This document shows, in pieces, positions 37,651 to 51,908 of a stretch of 64,000 nucleotides of DNA (positions are counted from its first letter, which is position 1; each line of letters opens with the position of its first letter). The notes beneath the pieces are model-generated. The model searched no databases. It had not been told where the DNA came from and saw only the letters and a program-made list of their open reading frames with translations. This DNA is from Gracilinanus agilis (Eukaryota): assembly GCF_016433145.1 (NCBI RefSeq), contig NC_058131.1:285242513-285306512 (forward strand), in the 5' to 3' direction. The position numbers and the translations under genes were made by a program.

Positions 37651-40600
37651 GCCCTGCCCTGCCCGGCACAGATCAGCGCCCAGCCCACCATGTTTGCCCT
37701 CCTGACCTCACAGGAGTGCGATGAAACGACTCAGAGAACCTTAAAGTGCTCTATACATTTCCTTTTCCATTTTTCATTTAAAAACTGTTTTTTAGCTCAG
37801 AAGGGCGATTTCGTTCCTGTAAGGGAACTCCCCTCAATGAAATTTACCAGCGCAGGTCTGCAGGACTCACCCAGGTCCACGGGGCCAGTGTGTGTCAGGG
37901 GGAGAATTTGAACCCGCTTCTTCCTGTGTCTCCACCCCCTGGGCCACAGCTTCTTCTCACATGAGTGGGAATTATTTTTGTGACTCCAATCAGAACCCCT
38001 TCCCCCATAGAGGTGGTAGAGAACCACAGGACATGCATATTTAGGGGTCTAGAATGGGCACAGACATACAGGAAGAGCCCCCCCAAGTTTCTCTGGTCTA
38101 GTGGCCTAGTAGGGGCCTTCTGCACCGGATTCTTGGGAGTACCCAGGAATGAGACAGAAGACGACCACAGGTCTCCATGCACGGGATCGATGGGCTCCCC
38201 CTTCCAGTGCAGGGTAGGGGAAAGCCAAATAGAACCTGAGATCTCTCGGTGGAAGAAAAGAGATCTGAGGGAGAGCCGAAGTGCACAGGAGCAGGCTGGA
38301 GCCCACTGGTGGGGCTGTGGGCAGGGCAGGTCAAAGAGCAGGATTGGTCAATGAGAGCTAATGGCATCCAGGCTAGGACTTCCTTCTCTCTGCTCCTTCC
38401 CCAGGAAACTCTACTGAGAAGCTCCTGGACAACAATTCCCATCCCCTTCTGATGAGTGGGGAAGAAGGAGTGCAAGAGGAAATGTAGAGAAATTGCAGCT
38501 TGCTGGGTGCTGTTTTATGCTTTCAGGAGTGTTTTATATTACTAACAAATGACACAACCATTCATTTCCAACTCTTTGTGACCTCATCTGAGGGTTTTCT
38601 CAGGAAAGATTCTGGAACGGTTTGCCATTTCCTTCTCCAGTTCATTTGACAAATAAGGAAAGGAAGACAAACAGGTTTAGGTGACTTGCCCAGGGTCACG
38701 CAGCTCGTATCTGAGGATATCTTTGAACTAAGAAAGTTGGGTCTTCCTGTCTTCAGTTCAGCCCTCTGTGCACTGTACCACCTCACTGCCTTACACAGAC
38801 CTTTAAGGACTCTAACAAACATTACACATATTATCTCATTCGAGCCTCTCCACAGATCTGTAATGGGTACTACCAATGCAGTTGCCCCATTTTACAGTTG
38901 AGAAGGCCCCTGTCACTGCTCACCTGACTATTGACAATAGTCTCCTAATTGATTTCCCTGAGTTTACATTCTCCCCAATCCAGGTTCCATAAATCCAGGC
39001 GCAAGGCTGGGTTCAAATCTGGCGTCAGACACTTTCTCTCTGTGTGACCCTGGGCAAGTCACTTAACCCCCATTGCCTAGCCCTTCCTGTTCTTCTGCCT
39101 TAGAACCAATACACAGTATTGATTCTAAGATGGAAGGTAAGGGTTTAAAAAATTGGATGGAATGCAAATTTCTCTACAGGGTATTTAAAATCCTTCACAG
39201 CCTGGATCCAGAACTTTCTAGACTGAGCTAGACATTTTCTATCATGTTGTGGCTAAACTGGTCTCCTGTTCTTCCTTGTGCAAGACAGTCCATCTCTCAC
39301 CCACAGGCTGTTGCCCAGGCTGTGCTCCATGCCTGGAATGGCATCCCTGATCACCTCTGCCCTTTGGAATCTTTAGCTCCTTTCTGGTTCAGCTCAGGTA
39401 CCATCTTCTGTAGTGGGCCTTTCCTGATCCTCCTGTGATTAGTGTAAGCCTGCTCAACCACCCCCAAAATCCTTCCTTTCAGAAATTACTTTGTATTTGC
39501 TCATTTGTATACATGTTTTCTGCCTCTCTCACCCCCAGTAAATTGTAAGATCCTTGAAGAAATAGTAATAACTATTTGGTTGTTTCGGTTGTGTCCCAAC
39601 TCTTCATGATCCCTTTTCTGAGGGTGGAGGGAGGGATTCTTGGCAAAGATACTAGACTGGTTTACCATTTCCTTCACCAGCTCATTTAAAGATGAAGAAA
39701 CTGAGGAAAACAGGGTTAGGTGATTTGCTTAGGGTCAAACAGCCAGTATCTGAGTTTGGATTTGAACTCAGGTCTTCTTGACTCCAGGCCCTGTGTTCTA
39801 TCCACTGTGCCACCTTGCTGCCCCAAATAATAGTAATATCTAGCATTAATATTGTGCTTTACAAATACCTCATTTGATCCTCACAACCACCCTGGGAGGA
39901 AAGTGCTATTATTATCCCCATTTTACAAATGAGGAAACAAAGTGAGACAGGTTAATTGATTTTCCCAGGATCACTGTGCAAGGAAGTATCTGAGGCAAGA
40001 TTTGAACCCAGGTGCTCCTGATTCTAGGCCTGGCTCTATCTGCTGTGCTACCTAGCTGCCCCCTGGCAACTGAATATTAAATGGTAGCATAGGGTTGTAG
40101 ACCTAGAGTTAGAAGGGTCCTCAGTGGTCATCTAGTTTACCCCCTCCCTCATTTTTATTTATTTCATTTACTCGTTCATTCATTTATTCATTTGTTTGTT
40201 TGCTTATTTATTTATTTTAAACCTTTATCTTCCTTCTTAGGATCAATATTGTGTATTGGTTCCAAGGTAGAAGAGTGGTAAGGGCTAGGTGATGGGGGTT
40301 ACACAGCTAGGAAGTATCTGAGGCCACATTTGAACCCAGGATCTCCCATCTCTGGGCCTGGCTCTCAATCCACTGAGCTATCCAGCTGCCCCCCTCCCTC
40401 ATTTTTTAGATGAGGAAACTGAAGCTCAAAGAGGTAATATAACTTGCCCAAGATCACACAGGTAAGTAGTAGAGTAAAATTTGAACCCAGGTCCTTGAAC
40501 TCTAAATTCAGTGACCTTTCCACTGCATCACACAGCAGGATTCCAGGGAATAATTAAGCACACCAGGGTTATACAGATGGAAGAGTCAGCTCACTTCAGG

Positions 40601-42160
40601 AAGATTCAGTTATTGTAGTCCCTGAAATTCTACCACAGTTCGTGAATGCCAAATGGACATGATGTGGCCCAGGCTAGGGAGAGAGGAGGGATTGGGGAAG
40701 AGGAGCTGCCTTCATTGTGTTCCCCGGCCCCCAGGGAAAGGTCACTGACAAAGAGGCACAGAGGGCAGTATTTTCAGTATAGGAAATGGGGTGTGGAAGC
40801 AACAGGGCAAGGTTCATCCCGAGTTCTCTATCTTTATTTCCCTCCCTTTTCCCCAACCCTTCTTTCTCTCTGAGAAGATCAGATGTATGAGCTAGTACCA
40901 AGGACTTCCATCCAGTATGGTGCCTCATAAGATGGACAAACAACTCCATGACAGAAACTGAAGCTGTGACACGTTAGATAAAGGATTCCAGACCCCTCCA
41001 CCCAGGTCCCCGCTCCCCACTGGGGGAGGCAGCACCCCTATTTGATTTCCACCTTTGTGCCCTAAGTGACTGGCCTCTGGCCCTCCCCCACCTCTGGGCC
41101 TCATTTTCCCTACCTGTAAAATAATTGCTAACCACCTCTCCACCTTCCTCATGGTGATCTGGGGAGAAGTTACCATCAGGAGTACAGTTTCCTGGCAGCA
41201 CCATCCATTGGAATGGACACTCCTTGAGAGGAGGTCTTGGTGCTTGGATCCCCAGCACTTCACCCAGTATTTGGCACATAGGAGGCACTTATGCTTGTTG
41301 ACTGACTGATTGGTGGGGCAGTGCCAGAGAAGGAATTGAGGTGGTTAAGCAGGCAGTGAGCTCTGATTTCTGGCCCTTGCTTGTTCTTTCTGGGTCTGCT
41401 TTGAAAAGAATCACAGCAGAGTCATGGTCCTTGATCAGCTGATTCAGCTCAGATGTCCCTTTTCCTTTGTTCCCCAGAAGCAATGTGGTATTGTTTGTCC
41501 TGATATTTTTAGCGGATGCACCTTTGCCCGATGGGTACACAGTCTTGGAGTGAGGCTTCTGAAGGGGCTGAAAGCAGGGGCCTCTTTTCTAGGCCAGACC
41601 TCTTTCATGGGGAGGTGGTCTACAAAGGGGCCCTACTCCTTGCTTTGATTGGTTCCGGTTGGCACTGCCCAACACTAAGAAGCACTAAGTGTCCGTTTCC
41701 CCACTCTTCGATGGAAGATCCCCCCTAACTCTCTCTACCCCGCTGGAGCTCCCTGAAAAGTCCCTTCCATCCCTTTGGCTTGAGGTTAGTAGGAGTGGGA
41801 AGAGATGACAAGGTCTGCCTCATCAGCTTCCCAGAAAAGACCCATCTGGGATGACTCGGCACAGGGGCGACTCATGAAACAGTCTTTGGCCCCAGAGGAA
41901 CAGCCTTGGAAGGGCTGAGACCAGGGCTTCTAGCCTAAGGGGCTTAGTGCTCAAGGGCAGGGGAGGGGAGGGAAGGGGTCCAGTCGCTATCATGGCTTTT
42001 CTTCCATTCCTGGTATAACCATTTTATACATTTACTTTCTCTCCCACCCTTGCCTAGGAAATAAGACTACCAATGTCTACAGCATTTCTTCTTTATACAT
42101 TTTTTAATTTCATTTACCCCTTTGCAAGAACTGAGGGCCAGGGAATAGTAAAGGGGGAAC

Positions 42161-42250
42161 CTATTCCTGCTTTTCCACCGAACTGGAATGCAGGTGGAAA
42201 GATGGCAGGCTGGCCTGCCTGGTCCCTTTAAACATCCGAGGGCTTGGAAT
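42161..42250 (-). CDS. CFAP157: CFAP157 copy 2 exon 9 (terminal)
   Basis: tttttcctttccag acceptor; IPSPRMFKGTRQASLPSFHLHSSSVEKQE-TAG; ATTAAA on the - strand at 42108-42103. Confidence 0.8.
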   Translation of the reverse strand: MPSPRMFKGTRQASLPSFHLHSSSVEKQE

Positions 42251-42389
42251 CTGGAAAGGAAAAATTCAGAGAATGGGAGAGGCCTGACCTCCATCCTCTT
42301 GCCTCCTGCTCCTTCACCCCATCCCTTCCACCTATCAAAGATCCTCCTTTTACATCCTTGCCCTCATCCTCCCTCCCTTGTTTCCTCAC

Positions 42390-42558
42390 CTCAGGGTTGC
42401 TGAAAGCCTTAACAGGCCTACGGCTTTTGAATGGCTCAGATTCTTGGCTATCCTCTGGGGCTGAGGGTGGACGGGGCACCAGGCCCAGGTCTCCAAGCTT
42501 GTACGGTTGTATGTCGGTCAATTGCTGGAGCAAAGTGGTGGGCTCACTTGGCTGAGGA
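42390..42558 (-). CDS. CFAP157: CFAP157 copy 2 exon 8
   Basis: ttcttcttag/gtgagg; [31 protein letters not shown]...AFSNPE (human [21 protein letters not shown]). Confidence 0.93.
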
Positions 42559-42706
42559 CTAAGAAGAAAGAGAGTCAGGGTTGAGGGGACTCCAAAAAGA
42601 AATACCTCCTCTTTTCCCTAATTTTGCACACTTCAAAACCCAACCCAAATCCTTCCTCTTTTGAAGCCTTCCTTGATGAAGACTCTCAGGGCAGGTCACT
42701 ACTCAC

Positions 42707-42894
42707 CTGTCCTCTAAAGATGTCAAGAAAGACTGGACCGAGGGGGACCTGGGCGGGGGAGTTACAAACTCTGGCATATTGGGCTTCACAATCACAACCT
42801 CAGTGAGTATATCCAATAGCTGCCGCAGCATCTCCTTCCTCCCTAGGTGGAAAAACAGGTCTACCTCGCCAGGCCCAGTTTTATCAGGGCGTAT
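42707..42894 (-). CDS. CFAP157: CFAP157 copy 2 exon 7
   Basis: ccctacag/gtgagt; IRPDKTGPGEVDLFFHLGRKEMLRQLLDILTEVV...LTSLED. Confidence 0.9.
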
Positions 42895-42973
42895 CTGTAG
42901 GGATCAGGAGAGAGGCAGTGTGTGGAGAGAGGTCAGCCCTGTGAGCTCTCCCCAAATCTCCCATATCCCCCAC

Positions 42974-43087
42974 CTGCCTACATCTGCACAGGTCTTGATG
43001 AGTATTACAGCAGTCAAACTCGGCAACTATCTCAGCATGGATTAGCATCGCCCTGTCCTTTATGGATAAGGGCTCTCCCCTCATGAT
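42974..43087 (-). CDS. Candidate extra in-frame cassette exon in CFAP157 copy 2 intron 6
   Basis: cttccatag acceptor, CAG|gtgggg donor, 114 nt, phase 0-0, no stop; 79-nt G-rich intron to exon 7. Confidence 0.35.
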
Positions 43088-43550
43088 CTATGGAAGCTGA
43101 GGCCAGGAAATGGAACATGATTTGCTTTGTCACACTGATTGAGCCACTCAATGTCTCTGGGGCTGAGTTTCTTCATCTGTAAAATGGGGAGGTTGAACTA
43201 GATAATCCCTAAGGCTTCTTCCAACCTAGCATTCTATGGTTCTAGATATGAGCTGTCTTATCCAGAGTCATACAAGGAGTTAATGGCAGAAATGAAAGCA
43301 GAATCTGGGTCTCCTCAAGCTTCAGTTTCCTTACCTATAAAATGGGGATGATAACACCTAGCCTTACCTTCCTCATTATAGTGAGAGTTAAATGAGGTAA
43401 AGGGATGTGGGAGCACTTTGCCAATTGTAGTGCTGGGAGTAGCTATGATGGTATACTGAGTTTAAAGGGTGGGCACACCTAGTATTCTTCGGGTCCTCCA
43501 CCTGTCACTCAGTATCCCATTTCTGGCTCACTAACCTATATAGCCCATGG

Positions 43551-44069
43551 CAGTGATGGTGAACCTTTTAGAAATGAAGCACTGTCCACACCCCACCACA
43601 CACCCCCAGACCAGTGCCATGCCTGCCTCACCCAGACCGAGTGCCTTGTCCCCCCTACCATATACTGGGTACACCCTGCCCCCTTTACCCCACAGGGAAG
43701 GGAGGAAGTGCTCCCATTGGGCTCCTGAAAGGAGAGAGGGTGAAGTAAGGAATGTCCTCAGCAAGTATAGAGAGAGGGAGGGGAGTGGCCCGAGCACTCT
43801 GCTCCCCTCCAGCTATTCTGCCTGTCAGCTGCACACCTTACCTCCATGTGCTCCCATTAGCTGCTGGGCAGAGGGGTGGGGCATGTGAAAAAATATTGTC
43901 AGGCTTGGTGGAGAGGGGGAGGGGAGTAGCTCTGCCCAAGTCCCTCTGCCTTTCTAATAAGGAACTGGGGGTGGGGTGGGGTGGAGGGAAGGAGGGAGGA
44001 TGACTTGAGTGCCCACAGAGAGCTCTGTATGCCATCTTTGGCACCCCTGCCATAGGTTTGCCATCACTG
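43551..44069. mobile_element. hAT-superfamily non-autonomous DNA transposon (MITE) in CFAP157 copy 2 intron 6
   Basis: 16-bp TIRs CAGTGATGGTGAACCT / AGGTTTGCCATCACTG; 8-bp TSD GCCCATGG / GCCTATGG. Confidence 0.85.
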
Positions 44070-44173
44070 GCCTATGGTCATGCAACATAGCATGCATTCT
44101 TTGGTTGGACAGTTCTCATCATCTGGAGTCTTAGCTCTGACTGCACATCCTTAGTCAGGGTCTACACGCTCAC

Positions 44174-44324
44174 CATCATCAAGTCCCGGAGGTGGCAAGT
44201 TGCTCTGGCCAGCACAACCTCCAGGCTTTCCCTCTTATCCTTCTCCTTTTCCAGATCTAGTGTCAGCTTCTGCCCCTGTGTCTTCTGTTTTTTCAGTTGC
44301 TTCCTCATGCTCTTTATCCTTATT
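44174..44324 (-). CDS. CFAP157: CFAP157 copy 2 exon 6
   Basis: atccccag/gtgagc, 151 nt as in copy 1; IRIKSMRKQLKKQK...LEVVLARATCHLRDLMM. Confidence 0.88.
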
Positions 44325-45401
44325 CTGGGGATTCAGGGACAGAGGACTATGAGGGGCTGAATTTATTTCCACTATATCCCCTCACCCTGCAGTAGATAAA
44401 GTGTTAGACTAGGAGGTCAGAAGACATTTCTTAGCTGTATGGGCAAGTCATTTAATGTCTCACAGCCTCAGTTTCCTCACCTGTAAAATGAGGCTAATAA
44501 AAGCACCTATTTCCTAAGGTTGGTGTGAAGATCAAATGCATGCAAAGCACTTTGCAAACCTTAAAGTGCTATATAAATACTAGCCATTGTCATTATTAAA
44601 TTTTTTGATACCAGAATTATCATCATCATTATTATGACCATTAACCTAATCATCATCATCATTATGTGGTGGTGGTGGTGATGAAGATGATGGGTTATAG
44701 GCAAGACAGAGAACTGTACTCAAGAGTGGCTTCATTAGCCAGTATCAATACCTTTTGAGGCTAATTTTTAACCCATACCTTCTGTCTTAGAATTCATGCT
44801 GTGCATTGGTTCCAAGGCAGATGAGTGTTAAGGGCTAGGCAATGGAGTTTAAGTGACTTGCCCAGGGTCACACAGCCTGAAAGTGTCTGAGGTTAGATTT
44901 GAACCCAGGACCCCCCATCTCTAGGCCTGAATTTATCCATTGAGCCACCCAGCTGCCCCTTGATACCACTTCTTGACCATGAGAGGGTACATGGATGGCT
45001 TATTCACTTCCTGTGTCTAGAACTACCTCTGGTTAAATCATTATTTTTAGAAGTAGAAGTGGCATCAAGAGATCATGTGGCTGTCTCCTACATCCCTGAG
45101 GAGAAGCCAAGAGGATAGAGATGTCTATGTCCAAGCCTTGCAAAGTTTGTAATAGAATCAAGGCTGGGAGCCAGTCTCCTCACTCCCCGATTAGTGGTCT
45201 TTACATGGCCCCATCCTAATATGGCCCCATCCTAATATTCCCCCAGAGAACACGTATTCACTGGTTACTTTCCCATGTGAGCAATCTGGGACTATGGTTT
45301 CTTATACTGAGTACTTTGGTCACTGGAATGAATTTTCTGTCCACCCCACTGGTTCACCTCCTCCCTTTCCCTCCCCTGGAGGAAGGGCAAAGTTATCTTA
45401 C

Positions 45402-45532
45402 TTTAAGTCCTGGTTGTCTTCCTCCAGCTGCTGAAAAGCAATCTCTGCCTCGCTCAAAATTACCCGAAGCTGGTCAGCTTCGACCTCTGTTTGCTGTTGC
45501 TCCTGATACTTAGCAGAAAGAAGTTGAATCAT
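45402..45532 (-). CDS. CFAP157: CFAP157 copy 2 exon 5
   Basis: ctcccctag/gtaaga, 131 nt as in copy 1; MIQLLSAKYQEQQQTEVEADQLRVILSEAEIAFQQLEEDNQDL. Confidence 0.92.
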
Positions 45533-47607
45533 CTAGGGGAGAAGGGAGAGGCCAGGAGGTAGTGACTACATGAGCCACACAGATGACCTGCTCCCATCCC
45601 AGGGGAGCTTGGGATCTTCTCAAGATAATTTACAGTGCTGAAGGAAATCCCATTGTGCCTTCTCCATATCCTCAGTGGGTATATTAATTTAAATAAATCC
45701 ATAGGTATGTATATATGTATATATATTTTTAAACCCTTAACTTCCTTCTTAGAATCAATACTATGGATTGGTTCCAAGGCAGAAGAGTGGTAAGTGCTAG
45801 GCAATGGGGGTCAAGTGACTTGCCCAGGGTCACATAGCTGGGAAGTGTCTGAGGCCAGATTTGAACCTAGGACCTCCAGTCTCTAGGCCTGACTCTCAAT
45901 TCACTGAGCCACCCAGCTGCCCCCTACATATATACATATAAAACAAATGAACTGTTGCTTCCCTTGCGTAAAAGAAGCTATCCCCATCTACACAAATCTT
46001 CCCTATCCTTTAAGTCTTACTTTTCCTGACAGTCCCAGACCACATTGATCTTCTCTCCTTTCTCTTCCTCTGCCTTTATCTGCACTGCTAATTTAGCACC
46101 TTGCTGTCATGTGGCATTTTTGTATTGTCCTATACTCCCTAAAGGATTTATTCTTTTTTTTTTTTATTTTAAACCCTTAACTTCTGGGTATTGACTTATA
46201 GGTGGAAGATTGGTAAGGGTAGGCAATGGGGGTCAAGTGATTTGCCCAGGGTCACACAGCTGGGATTTATTCTAATGGATCTCATCTCCCCAACTAGGCT
46301 TGTAAGCTCCTTCTCAAGGGTATCAGCAGTCTTTGTACTGAGATAGTTCTATTACCAAAGAGGATGAATCCCAATGAGATACACTGTGATCAGAAACTCT
46401 GTTACCAGATGTAGATTAATACAGAAGACTTAGGAATGAGTTCTAGAACTTTAAATATGGCACAAAAACATCATGAAATATGAACTCAGATGAAGGTTCC
46501 TGGCATGGAGACCACCAGCTTTCTTCCCTTTTGGATGGATCTCAGTGGTAGGTCACTACCATTTCTAGGTCCTCAGAATTAGATAAAAGTTCCCTGTGAA
46601 GTGCCAGGGGCCAGTTAATAGATCCTATAGTTTTGTTTTTTTGGTTTGTTTTATTTTGTTTTGTTTTCTGAAGAAAAGTGTGTTTACACCTTGTTTGGGG
46701 AAACAAACCTTTCCTTTATTGGGGAAAATATACCATAAAGAAGCACTATTGTACACACTTCTTTTCAAGCCAGGAAAATTCCAGCTCCTTAGCTCTTCCA
46801 GAACATGGAGGAAGGAATGACAGAGGGATGGAATGAAGGAGAAAGGAAAGTGGAGCCCTTTTTTCATTTCTCAAGAATAGTCCCATGTTGGCAAAGACGT
46901 GGCACACGTGCCCCAGTACCAGGGAGGTGGCTGCTCTGTTCCCTCTCTCCACCCTGCCTGAGAACATTTTTGCATGTCCTGCTCCTCTGTCTAGCCGCCC
47001 AATGCAAACACTTCTTCCCTCTGCTCTCTGGGTTATGCAGGGGCTCACAGGCAGCTTGAAGGTACAGTTCGGGCATGGGATCTCTAAAATTCACTAACAC
47101 TGCTCTAAACTGTTCTCATTACTTGATGTGTCAGCACCTCCACAGTGGACAGCTCCCTAGCAGCCTCCAGTACCTTCCATGGTAAATTTTAGTTTTTAAG
47201 AATGCTCAGTTTTAGTGAACTTTCATTGGCTGCCTATTCTGTGGCCAACACTGTGGCAGCCACCAGAGTAGACTTCTTTAAATGACACATAAGAGCATCT
47301 CCCCAGTGTCATTTATTTAGAGAGTACCATATTTCTTCTGCCCTTCATCCTGTTGCCCTCCTATAGCATCTCTTTCCCGCCTTTGCCTCCACTTCATTGC
47401 TGCCAGGGGGGGAAAAACCCAAAGCAAACAAACCAAACCAAACCTAGTCCTAAAGAAAAAAAGTTTCCTCTCCAATATCTTCACTCTCTCTTCCCCCAAT
47501 TTTCTTATCTTTATCGAGGACGCAGGCCCCGATAAACCCTCCTTCTAAGATAGATTCGGTGCACATGTAGGTCAAAGCCTTTCTCACTTCTGACCAGCTG
47601 GTCTTAC

Positions 47608-47875
47608 CTTCATGTGGCTGAGGCTGTTTTTAACCATGTTCTTCTCATTTTTCTCCAGAAGCTCCAGCTGTTTGCACAACTCCAGCTTGGACTCTTTCAG
47701 CTGCCCATTCTCCTTGAGCTGCTCCAAGTTTCGGGAGTTTATTTTGGCCAGATCCAGGGCCACCATCATGTTCTCCCGAATAGCTCTCTTTGTTGTCTCT
47801 GCCATCTGGGAGGTAGAAAACTTGCGAAACTCAGTTGCCACTGAGTTCATACGATTGATTATGTCCTTCCGAAGT
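47608..47875 (-). CDS. CFAP157: CFAP157 copy 2 exon 4
   Basis: ctacaaag/gtaaga, 268 nt; LRKDIINRMNSVATEFRKF...ETTKRAIREN...LCKQLELLEKN. Confidence 0.94.
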
Positions 47876-48365
47876 CTTTGTAGAATGGAGAAAAGGAGCT
47901 AGTATGAGGCCCAGGATCTTAGATATTCTTGGAATTCACATTCATATACTTCTTCGCCCAAGCCAAGACCTCTGAACCCCCTCAGGCCTTGGGATTGTCT
48001 GCTGATGTTCTCCAATCCTGTGCCTTAAAAATTGGTCATAGAGTTATAGAATCAGACCATCAGAGCTGGAAGGATCCCTACAGAATATTTAGGCCAATAT
48101 CAATCCTTTATGAATGAGGAAACTGGAGTCTAATATACACACATAAGCGTATGCAAGATTACATAGCTAATATCTAAGAGGGCGATCCCCCCAGTGCCTA
48201 AGTTTAGATGATAAGATTGCCTTCTAGATCACCTTTGATTTGGGTAAATGATCTCTAGATCCATTTAGATACCAGGAGAAGAGCCCTCAGCTCTTAATTT
48301 CACCTCATCTTGTACCCACTCCATTCCTGTCCCCCAACCCACCATTACCTACAGGTGGTTCAAAC

Positions 48366-48519
48366 CTTTCTTTATCCATCAAAGCCTTCCTTTCCAAGTT
48401 GTAAATATAAGTCTTATATTCGTCTTGCTGGGTCTTTAGCTGTTCCTCCAGAAGGGAAAACTTGGACATGAGTTCAGACTTGTGGAATTGGAAATCCTCT
48501 AAGGCAGCCAGCTTCCCCC
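48366..48519 (-). CDS. CFAP157: CFAP157 copy 2 exon 3
   Basis: ctggacag/gtttga, 154 nt; GKLAALEDFQFHKSELMSKFSLLEEQLK...YNLERKALMDKE. Confidence 0.94.
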
Positions 48520-49589
48520 CTGTCCAGAAAAAACCATGTTAGTGAGAGGGACCCAACATCCTAGGGTATGTGGAACAATTCACTCCTGGGCATCAGCTCC
48601 TCAGGGAGAATGCTTCTCTGTACCCCACCCCTACTACTTCTCAGCCTATCAGTGACCTGGTTTGACCCCACTGTTCCAGCCCAATTTGGAACACCTTCCC
48701 AGTTCACACCCTCCGCTTCAGTCTTCTTGGTGTTCCCCTGTGCCTAGCATACCCAGGAACTTTTTGCCCAATCAAAACCTCCCCCTTGGTAAGCCCCATC
48801 TCCTTTCTTCTACTTATTTATTTGTTTGTTTGTTTGTTTATTATTATTATTTTAACACTTACCTTCCTTCTTAGAATCAATACTATGTATTGGTTCCAAG
48901 GCAGAAGAGTGGTAAGGGTTAGGCAATGGGGGTTAAGTGACATGCCCAGGGTCACACAGCTAGGAAGCGTCTGAGGCCAAATTTGAACCCAGGACCTCCC
49001 ATCTCTGAACCTGGCTCTGGATCCACTGAGCCAGCTAGCTGCCCCCTCTTCTACTTATTTAGAGCATCTTTCAAGATTTAGTTTAAATCTTACCATCTCT
49101 TTTCTTGACCTGTCCATGACTTTTCCCTTTTCAGAAATCTTGAACATTTATACAAGCTATGATTGACAATAAGGCTGATTGACTTCAGTATCCAAATGAA
49201 TGTTGTCTCCTTCAAAGTGGTTCCCTTGGGGGCAGGCTTGACTCAGTAGATTGAGAGCCGGGCTTAGAGACAGAAGGTCCTGGGTTCAAATTTGACCTCA
49301 GGCACTTCCTAATTATGTGATCCTGGGCAAGTCACTAAACTCCATTTGCCTAGCCTTTACTGCTCTTCTGCCTTGGAACTTAGTATCAATTCTAAAATGG
49401 AAAGTAGTAAGGGTTGAAAACTAAAAGGAATGACATGAAAGATGGATGGAAGTATGGCAATGGGTGTATTACCATCTTCTTTGCTATTGTATTCATAGAA
49501 ACCATGGGTGAGATTTTTCCATTTGACTTGCAGCTAGGACTTATATATACCATCCCCCTCCCCCATTAGAATGTGAGCTCCTTGGGCAG

Positions 49590-49990
49590 ATCCAGGAGAA
49601 CCTTATACACAGAGACTGATATACTGTGGTACAATTGAACATAACAGACTTCTCTACTAGTAGCAATACAAGGATCCAGAGCAAGGCTGAGGGATTTATG
49701 AGAAAGAAAACTAGCCACATTCAATGGAAGAACTGTGGGAGGAGAAACACAGAGGAAAAACAACTGCTTGAACACATGGACTGATGGGGATATTATTGGG
49801 GATGTGGACACTAAACGATAACTCTAGCCCAACTATCAATAATATGGAATTAGGTCTTGATCAATGATACATGTAAAACCCAGTGGAATTGTGCATTGGC
49901 TAAGGGAAGTTAGGAGGGCTTGGGGGAGAGGGAAAGAACATGAAATATGTAACTATGGGAAAATATTCAAAATTAAAATAAAATAAAAAA
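49590..49990 (+). mobile_element. L1 3' UTR fragment
   Basis: Marsupial L1-like 3' end terminating in AATTAAAATAAAATAAAAAA. Confidence 0.6.
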
Positions 49991-50822
49991 GAATATGAGT
50001 TCCTTGAAAGGAGGAACTGTCTTCCTTTTCTTTTTGTGACTTGCCCAGGGTCACACAGCTGGGAAGTGTCTGCAGTCACATTTGAATCCAAGACCTCCCT
50101 CTCCAGGCCTGATTTTCTCTCTCCTGAGATGCCTAGCTGCCCCCTCTCACTGTGATTTTTATGGCCATAATTCTTAAAGCTAGAAAGGCTCATCTAGTCT
50201 AACCACTTCATTTTATAGAGGAATAAGAATCAAAAAGAGGAAGTGATCTAAGGTCAAATATACAGGTAATAAGTAAGTAGAATTTGGATATGAACCTATG
50301 TGCTTATCTAGACAGGTAATCTCTTTTGAGACCAGGGATCTGCCTTTTCCTCCTATCTTATTCATGGTGAGGAAGACCTAAGTTCAAATCTGCCCTCGGA
50401 CACTCAATAGCTATGTGATGCTGGGCAAGTTACTTAACCCTGTTTGCTTCAGTTTCCTCATATGTCAAATGAGCTGAAGAAAGAAATGGCAAACCACTCC
50501 AATGTCCTTTTTTTAATTAAAAAATTTTTAAATCTTTACCTTCTGCCTTAGAATTGACACTGTCATTTCCAAGACAGAAGAACAGTAAGGTCTAGGGCAA
50601 TTGAGGTTAAGTTACTTGCCCAAGGTCACACACAGCTAGGAGGTGTCCAAGGCTAGATTTGAACCCAGAACTTTCTGTCTCTAGGGCTGGCTCTCTATTC
50701 ACTGAGCCATCTAGTTGCCCCTCTCCCCACTCTAGAATTTTTGCCAAGAAAACCCCAAATGGGATCACAAAGAGTCAGGCTCAACTGAAAATTACTGACC
50801 ATCTACAGTGTAGCCTCGGTCA

Positions 50823-51353
<531 letters not shown>

Positions 51354-51908
51354 CTACTTCCTGGGAGCAAAATACAAGAAGATTGAAGATCCAAGGGGGC
51401 AGAGAGGAGGCCATAAGTATCTTAGGGTTCAACATTTGGTTCTAATATCAGCCTTAGAGAACTACCAGAAAAAATGAAACTCTTCAAAGCCAGGAGGCCA
51501 AAGTGATTTGGAAAGAGTCAAAGAGATTTTTGCTTATGTAAAATGGAGCAGTTGACTACCTGGTGTGACTGTAGGACAGCGCCACCCTTTCCAAAAACAT
51601 TCCCCTCTACTGGCCTGTCATTTATGCTGCAAATGCTAGCAATCACCATCCATCCCTGTGGATTGCCCTACCCATCCCTTGGAAAATGCAGATCCCTCAC
51701 TGAAGGGTTAGCACAGCAAGTCCCCATGAGCTCTGCAGAAATCTGGGCTCACTCACTCAGCCCAGGCAGAGGATATAGGGGTGCTGAGGGGGCAGGAAAG
51801 GGCCCAGAAAGAAGAGCTGAGCAATCCTGAAGTCAGACTCTCAGTTTCCCACTATGTCCCAGAGCTGTCCCAGGAGCCAGGCACAGTGACTGTGCAGCCT
51901 CCTGGACT

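Noticed and set aside
37700-42100. Searched for a duplicated PTRH1 remnant downstream of CFAP157 copy 2
   Set aside because: No GHNG, HDELD or RLRVGIGRP-like sequence was seen. The duplication appears limited to CFAP157.
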